From positions 14,696,001 through 14,760,000 of the forward strand of contig NW_024704743.1 of NCBI RefSeq assembly GCF_018977255.1: a DNA stretch of 64,000 nt, given 5' to 3'. The translations under genes and the position numbers were made by a program. Position 1 is the first letter of the stretch. Each line of letters begins with the position of its first letter. The notes below the pieces were generated by a model. That model saw nothing but the letters and a program-made list of their open reading frames with translations, was not told the DNA's origin and ran no database searches. Shown piece after piece: positions 63,911-64,000 of this stretch. The stretch is from Callorhinchus milii. Taxonomy: Eukaryota.

Positions 63911-64000
63911 GTATCTATCCTGAAATTTCCACCCACAAAATATACAGTCACTACATTTTACAGTTCATTCTATGAAGCACTTTGAGACATCTCAACGAAG

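Overview
Repeat-dense vertebrate genomic DNA, most likely intronic or intergenic. The repeat content suggests a cartilaginous fish, possibly a chimaera; this is inference from abundant L2 fragments, shark-type CR1 3' ends, Deu-domain SINE relics and a young tRNA-derived SINE with a (TTA)n tail. I could not identify any host protein-coding exon. Almost all longer ORFs are broken L2 or CR1 ORF2 pieces or their antisense frames. Best finding: a 676-bp Ginger2/TDD-type DNA transposon derivative (42770-43445) with TGT...ACA ends, ~90-bp TIRs, a perfect 4-bp TSD and a KRBA2/SCAND3-like transposase C-terminus. Also notable: a 61-bp, 90%-identical inverted repeat whose arms lie 1.3 kb apart, one arm inside a candidate minus-strand exon in a TE-poor island (possible dsRNA or editing substrate); a duplicated 5'-extended SINE unit; an ETS-CRE plus YY1 promoter-like cassette; a hAT MITE; several hairpins; and young SINEs nested in CR1 with clean TSDs. 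Boundaries of decayed repeats are approximate. Family names come from recognition by eye, not from database searches.
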